Both the position numbers and the translations under genes were made by a program. This document shows, in pieces, positions 36,260 through 47,716 of a DNA stretch of 64,000 nucleotides. Below the pieces are notes generated by a model. The model was not told the origin of the DNA and searched no databases. It saw only the letters and a list, made by a program, of their open reading frames with translations. How positions within the stretch are numbered: the stretch's first letter is position 1; every line of letters starts with the position of its first letter. Origin of the DNA: Eremomyces bilateralis CBS 781.70 (taxonomy: Eukaryota); NCBI GenBank assembly GCA_010015585.1, contig ML975153.1; one strand, written 5' to 3'.

Positions 36260-37835
36260 ATGGAATATCTAATAAGGTCGGCTCAACAGCACGAAGACTT
36301 TCGTGAAGCAGAGATCAAGGCTCTTGCAACTCTTCATGGTTTCGACGTGGAGATTCTCTCCTATAGCAACGAGGTATGTGTTTGAAGTCTTTATGCCCCT
36401 CTATAAATGGTTTTTACCTGTCTAGTCGATTCGTTGATGCGGGTGAAAGTCCTTGAATGAATGAGACGCCGAATGTCCTTCCTAAACAAATATTTACAAG
36501 TCTCAAACAGTCACCCTACTGCGTCGTCCGCCTCCCATCAGACGATGCAGCGAAGCTCCTCATTGAAAGAAGCATCCTAGCATGTGCTATATACCGTCTC
36601 TGGGGCCAAGGCAGCGACTACGATAGTCTACACGAAGATCTCCGTTCCAGGACCGAGTCAGAATGGTCCAAGTACAAAGTCAGCTCCTTCTGGTTCCAAA
36701 TCAAAACCTTCCAATCCAAACGGTCGGCAACAGCCCGACAGGATATCGTGGAGTCATTCAGTTACTTGCCCTTTGATGGCCCAATAACGCCCCAGAACCC
36801 GGATGTGGAATTTTGCGTTTGCGAATACTTCGACAAGGGCACCTTGACTCCAAAACAGATATACATGGGCCGACTGATTGGCAACAGCTGTCGCGATGTC
36901 ATCAATGTATATGACCTCAAAAAGCGAAGTTATATCAGTACGACATCTATGGACGCAGAACTAGCCCTCGTCACGGCCAATCTTGCATTGGCTGGTCCAA
37001 ATAAGTTGATGTATGACCCCTTCGTCGGCACAGCCGGGTTCCCCATCGCCTGCGCACACTTTGGATGCATCGTCCTTGGTAGCGATATAGACGGTCGCTG
37101 CATCCGTGGCAAGGGTGAGAAGGATGTTCTATCCAACTTCCGACAGTATGGGATAGCCGGGCGGTGGTTGGATGGGTTCACAGCGGACCTAACCAACACT
37201 CCCTTACGAAAACGAAGATTCCTGGACGCAATCGTATGCGATCCGCCCTATGGTGTCCGCGAGGGTCTAAAAGTCCTGGGCTCGAAACGGGGGCCGGTAG
37301 AGGAGGTATATATCGACGGAAAGTCTGCTTACAAGTACGTATATCAGGGATACAGGGACCAGTCAAGGCTAACATGAATGAAGACAGGCGGATTACGTGC
37401 CACCGAAGAAGCAGTACAGCTTTACTGCGATGTTGAGAGACATTCTCCAGTTCGGAGCCGACACTCTCGTGGACAATGGGCGCGTAGTGCTCTGGATGCC
37501 CACTGCCAACGATGCGGACGTCGAGCTGCCGTTCCCCCAGAACCCATATCTCGAGCTCGTTAGCGTCAGTGTACAAGAATTCAACAAATGTAAGTCGAGT
37601 ACATAGAGATCTGTAATCCTTTATCTGACCTTCATAGGGTCCCGAAGATTATTAGTCTATCGCCGGTTGCCGAGCGTGGAGGTTGACGCCGCAGCCATTT
37701 CTGCTTACAACCATCAAGCTGGCCACACGGCAGATGAACTCAATGACTTTCGCCGCAAGGTATGCGCTGCATAGTTATTTATGGTTGCTCTATTATGCTA
37801 ATTGTAACTAGTACTTCCAGGGTTTCAAGTCTTGA
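36260..37835 (+). CDS. TRM11: tRNA m2G10 methyltransferase catalytic subunit Trm11
   Basis: MEYLIR..QQHEDFREAE, YDLKKRSYISTTSMDAELALVTAN, YDPFVGTAG, GSDIDGR and DAIVCDPPYGVREG. Confidence 0.93.
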
Positions 37836-38407
37836 ACCTGCCAGTGCCCATCAGCGAGATCTCTCTCACAAATTGGGGGACTGTCCAGAATGATGCCCAC
37901 CTATAGTGTTCTTTTCGAGAACTATTTAAAATTCCTCTCACTACTGCATCAATGCTATGAGGCCATACGGGTAGCCGGGCTTCTGACGATGGAGGCTAGG
38001 GGCAACTCTAGAGAGATAAGTCCGCGAGCACAAGGAGTGCGATAGGATGGAGCCATCTCAAATGACAAGTGTCAAGGAGTGCGATTGTGGGACTGTCGCA
38101 TCGGTCTCTGCACTTCGCCATGAGCTCCAGGTTGATAGGCAATCCTTATTCATCAGATGAGGATTTCCGTTCGCTCTAGGCATTTGGAAACGATGATCCA
38201 CTCGAAGAGACAGAAAGATTAGTTGTCTTTCATGTTAGATAGACATAGCTACTGGTACACTTCCCACGAAAAGAGTACCTAGTGATACCCGAGCAATCCC
38301 CACTATAGGGTCCAATATCAGTTTGTAAGATCACGGATGCCCTCACTGGCTCACGGGCTGACTCCCTTAATTTCTGGTTGGAAACTCGTACTGAAGCCTG
38401 AAAATGG

Positions 38408-38441
38408 TGTTGACTGTTGACTGTTGACTGTTGGCTGTTGA
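38408..38441 (+). repeat. Short tandem repeat of a 7-mer (CTGTTGA-like), ~4.5 copies
   Basis: gttgactgttgactgttgactgttggctgttga read directly. Confidence 0.75.
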
Positions 38442-38777
38442 GTGCTTGTTGACAAATGAAGAGATCTTTGTTGGTGCGGTCGTGCGGCCCTGGTTTCTTG
38501 GCAGACGTGTTGCTTGGACTTCATTTTAGACGGGGTCGAAAGCGGAGCTGGCTGGATGGAATTCAAGTTCTGTTACCACTATCCAATATACACTTCCACG
38601 GTATTCCGATGAATGATTTGGATGAGCCGATGAATTCGGATGTCGTGGACATCCTCGAGCCCGCAGTATCGTTCGTGCATTACGCCGAAACCCATCGTCA
38701 TCCTTTCCAGCCACTGCCCACATCGACAGCGGATTCGAGTTATGAATGTCCCAAGATAACAATCGTCGGTCAAGCCC

Positions 38778-41013
38778 ATGATGAGGAACGTAGAGTCTTC
38801 GAATGCACAAGATGCACGTCTGGAGAGATTGTGGGACTCACTGAATCCCAACGGTCGGAGCTCTCTTGACCTGGAAGGGTTGAGAATAGGTTTGAGGCGG
38901 ATTGATCACCGTACGTTTCGCACAATCCAATCTGTGGCGATTCGGCTAACCACGCAATTCCTCCTGTAGCTCTTAAAGATGCGGACCATGTCCTCGGAGA
39001 TGTTATGAAGGATGTCGACGCAGATGGCGACGGTCGAATCCAATATCCCGGTTCGTAAACAACCGCAGACGAAGACGATGCCTCGACGACTAATGCTCCT
39101 GGAACAGAATTCCACGCCTTCATGAAGCGGACGGAGAAAGATTTGTGGGATCTTTTCATAAGCATCGACCATAATTCGGACGGCAAGATCGATAAGAATG
39201 AATTGCGACAAGCCGCTGAAAGTGCCGGCTTGCATCTCTCGAATACCAAACTCGACCAATTCTTTCGAGAGGTTGACACAAACAGCGACGGAGTAATCAA
39301 CTTCCAGGAATGGCGGTAAGTGCCTGATTTCACGTTTCACTTCACTTGTGTCCCAATGTAGCGCATGGGGATCCATGTGGGTGCTGTTGATGACCGGACT
39401 GATCGTGATAATTCACAGAGACTTCCTATTATTTCTCCCCTCCGACTCACCGAACCTGCGCTCTGTTATGTCGTACTTCTCGTCCACCGTTAAAGTCAAC
39501 CCAGAAGGCGATGTACAAATCAGCGACTGGGCTATGCACTCTCTAGGTACTATATCTGCATTTCTTAAACCTGCTTTCGGTTCCCTTCTCCTCCTCGCCA
39601 ACGTCGGGCAAACCCATCTCTCCCGGACTGCCTCTGCCGCCACGCAACCCCACCACTTTGATCGATTATCACACGAAATCGACAGCGATATGGCCGCCCT
39701 AATCGAAGACGAAGTGCACAATCTCATCGTCGACCTGCCACCGGCTTTGGAGCACCCTAGCACGGCATCGTTGAAATCATGGCTGATCGCATGTGTGCCC
39801 ACTCCAGGCTACTTCGTGGCCGGTGGCATTGCAGGTATCGTCTCACGAACATCGACGGCTCCTCTCGATCGCTTGAAGGTCTATCTGATTGCTAAGACCA
39901 CGGTCTCCCCAACGATCGAAGCGGCCAAATCCGGATCACTCCGCGCGACGTTGCGCAACGCATGGAGGCCCCTTGCGGAGGCGTCGAAGGAGCTTTGGGC
40001 CGCTGGTGGAATTCGCAGTCTCTTCGCTGGTAGGTCATTATCCTGTGGCGCGCAATATGCCTTCTAACCCTAGTTCACTAGGCAATGGCATCAACGTGGT
40101 CAAGATCATGCCCGAGTCAGCCATCAAGTTTGGCGCATACGAGGTAAACATCAACAATGACGCTACATTTTCCGATGCTTACCTACTTAAAGGCCACGAA
40201 ACGTACTCTAGCGAGGTTGCAAGGTCTTCATGATCCCACTCAACTAGGATCAGGATCTCAATTCACAGCTGGTGGCATTGCTGGCATGGTTTCTCAGTAT
40301 GTTTACGTCTATCGTTATTTCACATCTTTACTTAGCAACCTAACAACCATAGATTTGCGATTTATCCACTGGATACTCTCAAATTGTAAGTACACTTCTT
40401 CCGCAAGTCCGAACACCCCTGATAATTCTCCCATAGCCGCATGCAGTGTGAGACCGTCGCCGGAGGACTTCGCGGGAACAAACTCATCTTCGCGACCGCG
40501 AAGAAGATGTGGGTGCAAAACGGGTTCCGCGCCTTCTATCGCGGTCTCCCGATGGGACTCGGTGGAATGTTCCCCTACGCCGCTATCGACCTCGGGACGT
40601 TCGAATACCTGAAGCGACGCATCATCGCACGAAATGCACGCGTGTATAAATGTTGTCGCACCGACAAAGCCGCGCAACCGGGCCCGTTCTCGACTGCGCT
40701 CATCGGGGGGGTCAGCGGAGCGAGCGGAGCGAGCATCGTCTACCCGCTCAATGTGCTTCGCACGCGGCTGCAAAGCCAGGGGACGGTGCTGCATCCGAGG
40801 ACATACAAAGGCATTGTCGACGTGACGCGGCAAACGATAGAGGGCGAAGGGCTGAGAGGGTTGTACCGAGGCCTCGCCCCAAATCTATTCAAAGTTGTCC
40901 CGGCAGTTTCGATTGTAAGTCCATGTCTATCATCCTTTGTATCCATTGTACTGACTTACCCTTAGACATATGTCGTATATGAGCAATCCAAAGTGATGCT
41001 CGATTTAGATTAA
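38778..41013 (+). CDS. SAL1: Calcium-binding mitochondrial ATP-Mg/Pi carrier (Sal1/SCaMC)
   Basis: EF hands (DADGDGRIQY, DHNSDGKIDKNE, DTNSDGVINFQEW) followed by carrier repeats (SRTSTAPLDRLKV, YPLDTLK, YPLNVLRTRLQ). Confidence 0.93.
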
Positions 41014-41403
41014 GGAAGGTTGAGGCCTTCCATAGAAGGCACAAGATCTTATGCCCCCGAGGCAAAGGAAGCACGCTCGATACAACTTGCCCCTTGACAC
41101 GAGGTCTTACATTAAGATACCACAGCAGGCATTGGGTTGGCGTTCTGGTTTGGATCCCGCCGGCTTTGGGATGTATAAGCTTAGCAAGGCGTACCGGTTT
41201 CGGAAGGGGACTACATGCGACATGCGTAGACATTACGAGCAACGCGAGATCAACCACAACGGCTCAATTTGCGATTAAAAAATCAAATGCTAAATCCTTT
41301 CGGCTCATTTCCATCACTAATAATCATGCCAAGATGAAACGCCTCCGATGGGCGTCCGTCTACGTAACCACAACGCCATGCAAATGCCATATGAAAAGGA
41401 TCA

Positions 41404-42247
41404 TCACTTCAGGATTACTATCAACAGAATGAGAATGACGATCAGCAGAATGATAATCGTCATGCTCCAGTTGTCCCGCGCCGCCCTCCCGATCTTGTTC
41501 ACCCGCGTTTTCGCTCGGTCCAGCTGCGATTGATGGCGGTCGGTCCGCTCGTCCACATCGTCGAGCAGCAGCGCCTGATTGTCGAGCTCATCGCCGATCT
41601 GGATGCTCAAGTCCCGCTGCCGACCGATCGACTCGCCTAACGCATCGAGCTGCGTATCCTGCTCGCGGAGGACTTGTGAATGATATTGGTGGATCTGCTG
41701 GTTGTTCAGGTGCGATTGATCCGGTGATTCGTCATCGGGGTCATCACGGTACGGGAATAAGGCGTTTCGATCCTCGTCTTCGGGGTTGTCGGTGAATCGG
41801 ACGGATTTGGACAGGGTGGCATTGCGCCCAGATTGTGGGACGGGGCTCTTTGATGCCCTCTGTGCGGCGGAGAAGTCGGATTGGAGAGAGGGGTCATTTG
41901 GGGTCGTCAGCGCCTTGTCGGAGCCGTCGCCGGTCTCGAATTGGGCCGATAAGTCCCTATACTGTGTTTGCAGTCGGAATAGTTGGTCGCGCAGATCTCT
42001 GGACACTCGATTAATACTCCGAAACAATTAATGCATCCGTAAATGTTGCGACTTACGAATCCTCGGACTCCGCCAGGTGTGTCTCGATCGCATCCAATCC
42101 CGCCTTGAGTGAATCTAAGGACCGGGATATCTGCCCATCCTGAGAGTTAGGTGATAGGTTCAGTGATACGGCTCTCTGTCTTTCTAGGAGTGATAGTTTT
42201 ATGTGATCCGCGAGGAGAAATAGTTGTGAGGGGTTGGAGGATGTCAT
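41404..42247 (-). CDS. SYN8: Qc-SNARE syntaxin-8-like protein, one intron
   Basis: QLFLLADHIKLSLLERQRA, SNARE motif EQDTQLDALGESIGRQRDLSIQIGDELD, and a C-terminal TM anchor. Confidence 0.88.
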
Positions 42248-42856
42248 TGTGACAGACTGTATGTGAGGGGAGAGGGTGACTGGAGGAGATAGGCGTCGCC
42301 GGCTCGCCGCGGTGGTCGAGATCTCAGGGTTATATCTAAATCATGAGGCGGTAATGCCGTTCTAGCCTTTCGAGGTTTGAGAACTGTGTAGACTTCGCTG
42401 TATCCTGTTTGATTCACCGGCTCATTGAATCCATACTGTACTGTAACTTGAAACGTTGCCTGCTGGTGGAGAGTCCCAACTGCTCCAGCGGATGATGAAG
42501 CAGGTGTGGCGCATGCAGATATTATCCACGTGACTATTGTCATGGATGTGAGATTAACATATATAGTATCACATGACTCTTCAACGATTGAAGCCAAAGG
42601 CCGGGCCTGGATGAAGTCGGGCTCAGCGCAAGTATAGCCGACGTCACGTGGTAGATGAGTTGGTGGGGGAGCCCATACAGTGGTCATTCCATCTCCACCT
42701 CCACCTCCACACCTCCATCTCTATCACCAGCTCGCTCTTAATCTCCCTTCCTCGCCCTTTTCATCAACTTGAGCGAATATCCGCCCATATAAGCCCATGG
42801 ACCACCCTCTCCGGAGCCAGAACTGAGAACCGACCATCCACGCGAAGAATCCGAAC

Positions 42857-44432
42857 ATGTCCGCCCATCAACCGCGGCGAGCCCGGTCCATTACCGCTCG
42901 TCGTCCCGCCGATCGGATGCGACCCAGCGCTGAGGAACATCTTGATGGAGCTCGGCCTCCTGTATCTCTGAACGACCTGATGAGAGAGACGCTAGGAGCC
43001 CCGCCACATGCTACAACAACTGAGCTCTTGTCACAATTCGCTCGAGATGCCGACCCTCCACCGCCGCCATCCAAGGTCGATTACGGCCTCCTCGAGTATG
43101 TTTCGCCGGTGGACAGCAATCTTATTTGCGCGATATGCCAGTGTCCTTTCAACCAGCCCATGCAACTGGTATGCGATCACACCTTCTGCAACGATTGTCT
43201 CAAACAATGTTTCAAGAATCAAGAAGGGACAACACGCATATGTCCGGCGTGTCGAGGACCGATTGAAATCCTGAATTTTAAATCGAAGACAAGGAAATCA
43301 CCGAGATATGTCATACAAATGCTGGACGATTTGTTAGTGAGGTGCCCCAACAGCAAAGCGGGCTGCGAAAGCCATGTCAAACGAGGCGAAATCGAAGATC
43401 ACGTCGACAAATACTGTGACTACAGTGTCCTGGAATGCTCGGATGACGAGTGTACTCAAGGGATATGGAGGAAATATTCGGAGCAGGGATGCTTGCATTT
43501 CATGACCATGTGCGAAGATTGCGGTGAATCAATGATGCAAAAGGACATCTTTGTATGGCTGATCGACAATCCCCGCCGACGTGGTTGCTAATGAGGAGTA
43601 GGAACATCAGGAAAAGACTTGCCTGAAGCGATTTATTCGTTGCCAGCATTGTTCCGATGAGCTAGCGAAGCCACACCTCAAGCAACATTTGGCATCGATT
43701 TGCCCTATGGTACCTGCACGATGCACAGGCCAGCCATTTGGGTGCCCATTCGAGGGGACTCGCGCCACCGTCAATGCGCATGTGATCTCATGTGTGATCG
43801 CAACCATGGCTCCATATCTTTCGACCCAGAAAGCTGCGTTCGAAGAACAAGACAAGGCCAACAAAGTGCTGCAAAGGAAGCTGGACCTGTTCGAAGGAGG
43901 CTTGACCGCGATGCAGAACATCCTCTACTCCGACAACCCGCCGACCGCGGCATCGTCTGCATCGCGAGCTGCCGAAACGTCCATCGATACCCCTATGACA
44001 GAGACCGGAGCCATGGCCGTCGACATTCCCAACCGCCATTCCCAACAAGGCATGTCTACCGGCACCCCTCCCTTCGATACCCCCATCTCCCACCTCCTCT
44101 CCCTCCACGAGTCCCTCCGCGAGGAACTGTCCCGGTTGGAAAACACCATCGCCGAACTCGACTCGCGCACCACGGTCATGATCCTAAACGAGGGCCAGCG
44201 CTCGAAAGACGAGATGACCCACGCGAACGCCGCCATCAACTCCATGCGGATGCAGCTGCATTGGCTCATGAGCACGCGGCTGCAACAGAACCAACGACAG
44301 CCGCCGGGAGGGGGAGGAGGGGGGCCGGCGGGAGAGGGATCGAGTAGGAATACGAGTAGTGGGTTAGCCCTGGACCCCGAAAGTGGTGAGCAGCCACGGT
44401 ATGAGTTTGGGCGGCAGGATACCAAACTGTGA
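42857..44432 (+). CDS. RING finger / TRAF-type zinc finger protein (intron ~43552-43601)
   Basis: LICAICQCPF..CDHTFCNDC..CPACR RING, TRAF-type Cys/His repeats and a coiled-coil C-terminus. Confidence 0.85.
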
Positions 44433-44634
44433 TCGGATGGCGGGAATCCGGATTTGTTTCACTCCGTGCTTTCCATAGCGACCAGGCGTCTCGGAGATAT
44501 TCGGAAGGGGATGGGACCGTTGGCAGTATCGGACTGGCACGGACATGGGATGCATTGATGACTTTTGATGAATGACCGGGAGGCGTACATCGCCTAAAAT
44601 ACCACTGATATCAAATCTGCACGGACGTGGCCTG

Positions 44635-46586
44635 CTATTGGCGTTGATTTGGTGTTCGCAGCGCAGAGACGATATCCGGATGTAGACTACGATATCGGAC
44701 CTCCCAATCCAACTCGCTCGCGAGACGCTGCAACTTGAGGTATAGCAACGTATCTCTTTCCGAGTTCGCCGGGTTTAACTTCGCCTTGTCCAACTTCCAG
44801 CCGATCGTGGGTAACGCTATAACAGCACAGTCCTCTGAATTTCCAGATATACCATCGTCTGGAATCGCGATGACCAGCAGTGTGAATCTCACCGACCCCG
44901 GCGCGTTCGCTTTGAGCATGTTCCGAAAGACACTTCGTGATTTTGCGTCAATCCGGGATTGGATGCTTGCGATGTCACTTTCAGTCAAATAACGTACTAC
45001 GACGGAGAGGCGATGACATGCATCATGAGGCGGCTCCTCCGCTGCGACACTCGAACTCCGAGAAACCTCCTCAGCGAGATCACGCTCGCGCCACATTCTA
45101 AGCCAGTAGCGAGAGTCGATGAGGTGAAAGTCCTGCTCGTGACCGCTAGCCGCATTCGGAGGGTCGAGTTCGAACCGTCTCAAAACTTTGGGCGTGACTT
45201 TGGGAGTGATTCGCCACGCCAGACCCGTCATCACCCTTTCCTGGCCCATCGTCGCAGCCCCCAGCGGCGCATGAATTCCTGCAGGTGCAAGCGGGCGCGT
45301 GGCAATAGGCATGAAAGCAGCTCCGGCTGCATGGAAGGCCTTCGAAGGTAACCCGGCTAAAGGAGACCGCTGAAAGATCTGTCGCGCAACGTCTTTGAGC
45401 CGGGTAAAACGTGGCTTGTCGGTAGATACCACAGATATGATCCGTTGCAGCATAACGACTAATCGATGTAAATGCTCCTCGCGTTCTGCTTCCGAGTGAA
45501 AGTCCAGATAGAAAAAGTCGGGAAACGTGACCGTCAGGGCCCCGGATTGGGGATTGAAGCCCATTGCAGCCTGAGAGATCAGTGTTGCGGCTGCTGCATC
45601 TAGATTTGTTGCAGTCTCACCGCAAGAATCCGACAGAGAAACCAGGGCGTCCGATCGAAGAGCTTGCGGCACATTCTCCGCCCGAAAGAGTTGCCGTATG
45701 GCATTTCTGACCGTCAGAGTCGGGTCGCGATTGGTCGCGTCTTCTCTATGCTCAATTTTCAGATCCCGGGCCGTCTTGGATAACACAGCCTTGGTGAAGC
45801 CCAACAATGGCCGCACGACGCTTACCCCACCCGTTTCAAACATAGAAACGGTGCCTTGAAGGGGTTGGTGACCGGTAGGAAATCGTACGCCTTCCCCGCT
45901 GGCATCCACTCCATAGATACTTTCGCACTCCGGGATAGCAGCGAAGGGCTTCAGTGCTCTTCCTAAACCGACAGTCCCATGGCCTTGGATGAGTCTTTGT
46001 AGCACCGATTCGGCCCGGTCGTCCTTATGGTGACCGACGAGAAGGTGATGTGCTCCAATCGAGGCGCACGTGCGCCCAAGCATCTGGTATCGAAGCCGTC
46101 TGGCGCGCGTCTCGAATCCATGTGGATCCGATGGGCTTAGATTTCCGGGCCATACAAGCGGCCTCCGGATGGTGGAAATGCCTATAGTTATCCCGTCTGT
46201 CAGTACTAGATCAACCTGCATAGAGACCCTGACATAACCCGTACCATGTACGGTCGACAGTTCGTGTTCCACCCAGCGGGCATCTTCGGCGCTCTCTGCA
46301 CGAGCACCATGGTCAATGGTGATGGCCGTTAACCTCCATCGCTCTTGCATGCAGAGCTTCCCCAGGAGCACTGCAAGCACCATGGAGTCAATGCCACCGC
46401 TGACGGCGACCGCTAAGGAACATGAGCAACCGTTCAGAGACCGAGAGGGTGGTGAACTATACCCAGGTGGCGCGGTTGGCTACGGGAGCCATGGTGCCCG
46501 ACGTCCAATGCCTTAGACAGGGCGCTATGGAGGTGTTCGAGCGTAATAGAGCCGCATCGAAGGGTCTGAGTTGGCGCCAGGCGCAT
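44635..46586 (-). CDS. PP-loop ATPase, TilS/MesJ (tRNA(Ile)-lysidine synthetase)-like
   Basis: Spliced VAVSGGIDS PP-loop, TIDHGARAES, ETRARRLRY, GHHKDDRAE, RPLL and EDATN..TVRNAIR. Confidence 0.85.
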
Positions 46587-46723
46587 CAGTGTATCCTCTG
46601 GACTGCAGCCATTCAGTCCGATGGAGCTTGACAGTGTTTACTGCGGTGCTATGCGGACTCGGGGGTTTCGAATCGTATCGACATGACTCCGGATGTTCAA
46701 GAGCTTCGATGGTCCGTGCACAC

Positions 46724-46738
46724 ATTCTCGAATTTTCT
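46724..46738 (+). promoter_or_regulatory. Perfect three-unit heat-shock element in the HSP10/TilS-like divergent promoter
   Basis: aTTCt-cGAAt-tTTCt matches nTTCn-nGAAn-nTTCn, ~130 bp upstream of the HSP10 ATG. Confidence 0.7.
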
Positions 46739-46864
46739 CCCCGACGCCGTTCTCATCTTTGATATCTCCTCGATTGCTTCCCGACTTCGCATTATTGACT
46801 TCGAATTGACCTTTTACATCTATTTACCAACCCTCTACAGACTTTATCCATCAAATCCAGGACC

Positions 46865-47384
46865 ATGGTACGTGTTCCGCAACCGCAACCGCAACCCAGC
46901 ATCTCCGCCATCGCATGCTTCCCATGCGCCGCAACCAGCACACCGGCTAACCATCCCCTCTCATCCAGGCCGCCTTCAAATCGATCAAATCCCTCGTCCC
47001 CCTCCTGGACCGCGTCCTCGTCCAGCGCGCCAAGGCCGAAACCAAAACCGCCACCGGCATCTTCCTGCCGGAGAGCTCCGTCAAGGAGCTGAACGAGGCG
47101 AAGGTCCTCGCCGTGGGACCGGGAGGGTTGGACCGCGATGGAAAGCGGACGCCTATGTCGGTGCAGACCGGTGACCGGGTGCTGATTCCTCAGGTACGTT
47201 GGCCGATGGGTTATGGGTGTGTCTGGTCTAACCTTCTGTTCGTAGTATGGAGGCAGCCCGATCAAAGTTGGCGAAGACGAGTTCTCCCTGTTCCGCGATC
47301 ATGAGTACGTGCTCTACCTGCCGAGTTGGATGAGATGGTCGGTACTAATGATGCATTAGGCTGTTGGCGAAGATCAAAGAGTAA
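46865..47384 (+). CDS. HSP10: Mitochondrial co-chaperonin Hsp10 (ATG-only first exon, 3 introns)
   Basis: SIKSLVPLLDRVLVQRAKAETKTATGIFLPE, VLAVGPG, GDRVLIPQYGG and LFRDHE..LLAKIKE. Confidence 0.95.
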
Positions 47385-47716
47385 ACACGCGACCGAAGTT
47401 CCTCCCGATGCGTCCAGTCCCATCCTCGTGATCTCGAACCGGCCGATCGAATTGTTCCTGTACCACCACCATGCATGGCTCGCGCCTTTCGGGCCGCTGG
47501 CGTTGCGGAATACCACAAATAACCTCCATTATCCGCATGGGAAAACTGATTGATCAGCGTTGTACAATTTTCTTCGATGTGTAAATAATGCTGTACAATC
47601 TCGACTCTTTGGAAGACTATTTGGAGTACTAGTTCTACGACTCGTGCCATTGTGTCTTTTATACAAGCTATACCGTATGCTATCGATGGAAATCAGTAGA
47701 CGGCTGTGATCATGCC

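Noticed and set aside
34697..37835. tRNA gene lying 1.4 kb from the tRNA methyltransferase TRM11
   Set aside because: There is no evidence of a functional link; tRNA genes are dispersed and adjacency is plausibly chance.
43700..44425. Long overlapping and antisense ORFs here and within NMO, CWF19, GPATCH1-like and TIM44
   Set aside because: Shadow ORFs expected from high GC3 codon usage; no recognisable motifs.
46182..46244. 63-nt in-frame stop-free intron in the TilS-like gene
   Set aside because: Ordinary length with normal splice signals; an open 3n intron this short arises often by chance.
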